Of a stretch of 64,000 bases of DNA, positions 61,517 through 64,000 are shown piece by piece. Under the pieces are notes generated by a model. It was not told where the DNA came from, ran no database searches, and saw nothing but the letters and a program-made list of their open reading frames with translations. Numbering within the stretch: position 1 is the first letter of the stretch; every line of letters starts with the position of its first letter. Location of the stretch: the NCBI GenBank assembly GCA_963691875.1, contig OY829846.1, positions 2,880,001 to 2,944,000 of the forward strand, written 5' to 3'. Made by a program: the position numbers and the translations under genes. This DNA is from Aureliella sp. (GTDB lineage: Bacteria > Planctomycetota > Planctomycetia > Pirellulales > Pirellulaceae).

Positions 61517-62922
61517 ATGGTCATGCGACGAAGAACTTTCCTAGGCCTTTCAACTGCTGGCTGCTTTTTCCGCCACAGGTCCCGGGCAGCTGCGCGGCAG
61601 CTTGATCGGTTTGGTGGATGGAAAGCGAAACGGTTTCGTGCGACAGGGTTCTTTCGCATCGAAAAAGAAGAGCGATGGTGGCTGGTCACACCGGATGGCC
61701 ATGCTTTCCTGCGCTGGGGGATCAACCATCTATACCCAGACCTTTGGAAGCAGGAATACAATCGTGAGGCCTGGAAGAAGACGCTCGGCATGGAGAAGCT
61801 TAGCGGCCCGCCTTCGACACTGCCCTTCGAGATTGGTTTCTAAGGATTAGCGAACGGCTAGGCTTCAACACGGTTGGCGTGCACAACCGGCTAGAAATCG
61901 CGAACCGACCCAGCCCGGCAATGGCCTACATGCAGCCTATTCACTTTGTGGACACTCCGCATTGGAAAAAAGATGTTCTAGATGACAACTTCGTCGACAT
62001 AGTCGCACCAGCATTCGAGCAGCGTTGCGACGCTTTGGCGAGGAAACTAGCCGCTCCAATCAAGGATGAACCTTTCTTGCTTGGCTACACAATGACAGAT
62101 TGCACCATGTTCACGGAGGAGGATCTACGAGAACGACCTGATGTCATCGGAGGAGCACGGCGACCGAGCAGAATTGGCTGGCCTCGAAGACTGAGAAACC
62201 TGCCCGGCAGCGCCCCCGGCAAACAGGCATATGTCGAAACAATGAAAAACCTCTACCGCGAGCGCATTGAAGACTTTGACTCAACATACAAGACTGAGTT
62301 TACAAGCTTCAGCCAGTTGACCGAAACTCAGAATTGGCAACCTCAGACACAACTGTCCAACGCCAACGAGACGCGTGACAACATAGAGTTTCTGCAGCGA
62401 TGCGTGGCCAAATACTATGAAACCGCACTTGCCGCCATCCGGCACTACGACAAGAACCACATGTTTTTTGGTGATAAACTCAATGCCAACACAGACTCAA
62501 TTGATACCGTCTTACCCATTACGAGCCAATTCACCGATGTAATCTTCTATCAAATGTACGGAGGTTACGAAGTACAAAAGCCTGGACTGGATCGATGGAG
62601 TGCCTTGGTAGACAAGCCAATTATCAACGGCGACTCAGCATTCACTATGATGACTGATACGATGCCGCGCCCCTACGGACCCATCGCAGACAACCTTGAG
62701 CAAAGAGCCCAATGGACAGCAGAGTTTTTCCTTCGAGCATTTGCACGTAGCGAGTTTGTCGGCTGGCATTATTGCGGACTGATTAATGCATCCAGTTCAG
62801 TGCCTCGCAAAGCAGACCGTCAGCATTCAGGCTTGCTGGACGGCTTCGGCAAACCCTACCCGAAGCTCGAAGCCACACTCAAGCAGTGCTCGCAAGCCAT
62901 GTATACTGAAGCCAAACGCTAG
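61517..62922 (+). pseudogene. Tat-exported agarase-like (GH50-related) glycoside hydrolase split by a single frameshift
   Basis: Frame A reads MRRRTFLG...DRFGGW...ATGFFR...WWLVTPDG. Frame B from about 61810 reads AFDTALRDWF...RLGFNTVGVHN...AIRHYDKNHMFFG...KPIINGD...FVGWHYCG. Confidence 0.72.
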
Positions 62923-62963
62923 CCACTTTCTTGGTAAGCACCTTTGAAGAAAGAAATACCTGA

Positions 62964-64000
62964 ATGAAACTCAAGCTCACGTCTTACCTCCTTCTCGTCG
63001 TCTTGTCGGCTCAAGTTTTGCTTTCCGCCGACGTGGTGCCAGTACCGAAAGAAGTTATTGCTACAACAGCAGCAGACGCCAAGCCACGGAATGTAGTTTT
63101 CATTCTGTCCGATGATCATCGATATGATGCGATGAGCTTCATGGGACATCCCTTCGCCAAGACGCCACACATGGATGCGATGGCCACCAACGGAGTGCAC
63201 TTAAAAAACGCGTTTGTAACGACATCACTTTGCTCGCCGTCCCGGGCTTCGATTTTGACAGGGCTATATACCTTCCGCCATCGCGTCATCGACAACCAGC
63301 GTCCAGTTCCACAAGGCACTTTGTTCTTCCCTCAGTATCTGCAGCAGGCGGGATACAAGACTGGCTTTATCGGCAAATGGCATATGGGACATGCCAGTGA
63401 TGAAGCTCGCCCCGGGTTCGATTACTGGTTTAGCTTCAAGGGACAAGGAAGATACTATCCACCAGCAGCTGGCAACTACACCATCAACGACAACGGCAAA
63501 CGCGTTCCCCAGGACGGCTACATCACCACACTGCTGACACGAAAAGCGATTGAATTCCTCACGCAAACCGATCGCGAACAGCCTTTCTTTTTGTATCTCT
63601 CACACAAAGCGGTGCACGGCCCGTTTACACCCGAGCCCAAATATGAAGGTACACTTGCCGATGAGCCATTCGATTTCCCTATCTCCAGCAGACAACTTAA
63701 AGACAACAGACTAAATCGACCGCGATGGCTGCTCGATCAACGCAACAGTTGGCACGGCATGGACTTCCCACTGCACACTGCCACCTCTGCGGAAGTGTTC
63801 TACAAGAGCTACTGCGAAGCACTGCGTTCTGTTGACGACAGCATCGGCGCCGTGATGAACCAACTCAAGCAGATGGACATCTATGATGACACTTTGGTGA
63901 TTTACATGGGCGACAACGGGTATATGTTCGGTGAGCATGGTTTGATCGACAAACGCGTCGCCTACGAGACATCTTCACGCGTCCCGATGCTCATGCAGTG
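62964..64000 (+). CDS. Formylglycine-dependent sulfatase (runs off the window end; absent from the ORF track)
   Basis: ATG 62964 opens a frame with a signal peptide, PRNVVFILSDDHR, TPHMD, SLCSPSRASILTG, GYKTGFIGKWH, HKAVH and GDNG..FGEHG. Confidence 0.93.
   Translation, partial: MKLKLTSYLLLVVLSAQVLLSADVVPVPKEVIATTAADAKPRNVVFILSDDHRYDAMSFMGHPFAKTPHMDAMATNGVHLKNAFVTTSLCSPSRASILTGLYTFRHRVIDNQRPVPQGTLFFPQYLQQAGYKTGFIGKWHMGHASDEARPGFDYWFSFKGQGRYYPPAAGNYTINDNGKRVPQDGYITTLLTRKAIEFLTQTDREQPFFLYLSHKAVHGPFTPEPKYEGTLADEPFDFPISSRQLKDNRLNRPRWLLDQRNSWHGMDFPLHTATSAEVFYKSYCEALRSVDDSIGAVMNQLKQMDIYDDTLVIYMGDNGYMFGEHGLIDKRVAYETSSRVPMLMQ

Noticed and set aside
1..64000. CRISPR array, rRNA, IS element or prophage
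   Set aside because: No regularly spaced repeats, rRNA-like tracts, transposase or phage genes were recognised.

Overview
The window looks like chromosomal DNA from a planctomycete, probably Pirellulaceae-like. This rests on the DUF1592/DUF1552, DUF1559, PVC-type dehydrogenase/CxxCH, SHD1 and LExR-type secreted proteins. In order it carries: rtcB; an inositol monophosphatase; tRNA-Arg(UCG); an AI-2E transporter; an RND efflux pair; a small ion-channel protein; a DUF1592-DUF1552-PQQ-PQQ cluster; a PfkB kinase with a Na+/solute symporter; jetABC (Wadjet/MksBEF-type SMC) with no jetD; an FG-GAP/metzincin fusion; a tricorn protease; two PVC-type dehydrogenase-domain proteins; gyrB; a Dnmt2-like methyltransferase; and the start of a DUF1559/agarase-like/sulfatase locus. 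The strongest hidden signal is that two minus-strand ORFs (34567..34788 and 33313..34539) form one in-frame gene split by a single TGA in a deiodinase/thioredoxin-type motif (FGCLT-U-PPF). This is a candidate secreted selenoprotein fused to an nDsbD-like domain. Several gene remnants and two REP-like doublets are also present. I saw no CRISPR array, rRNA, transposase or integrase. All family calls come from reading motifs by eye; no database search was run.
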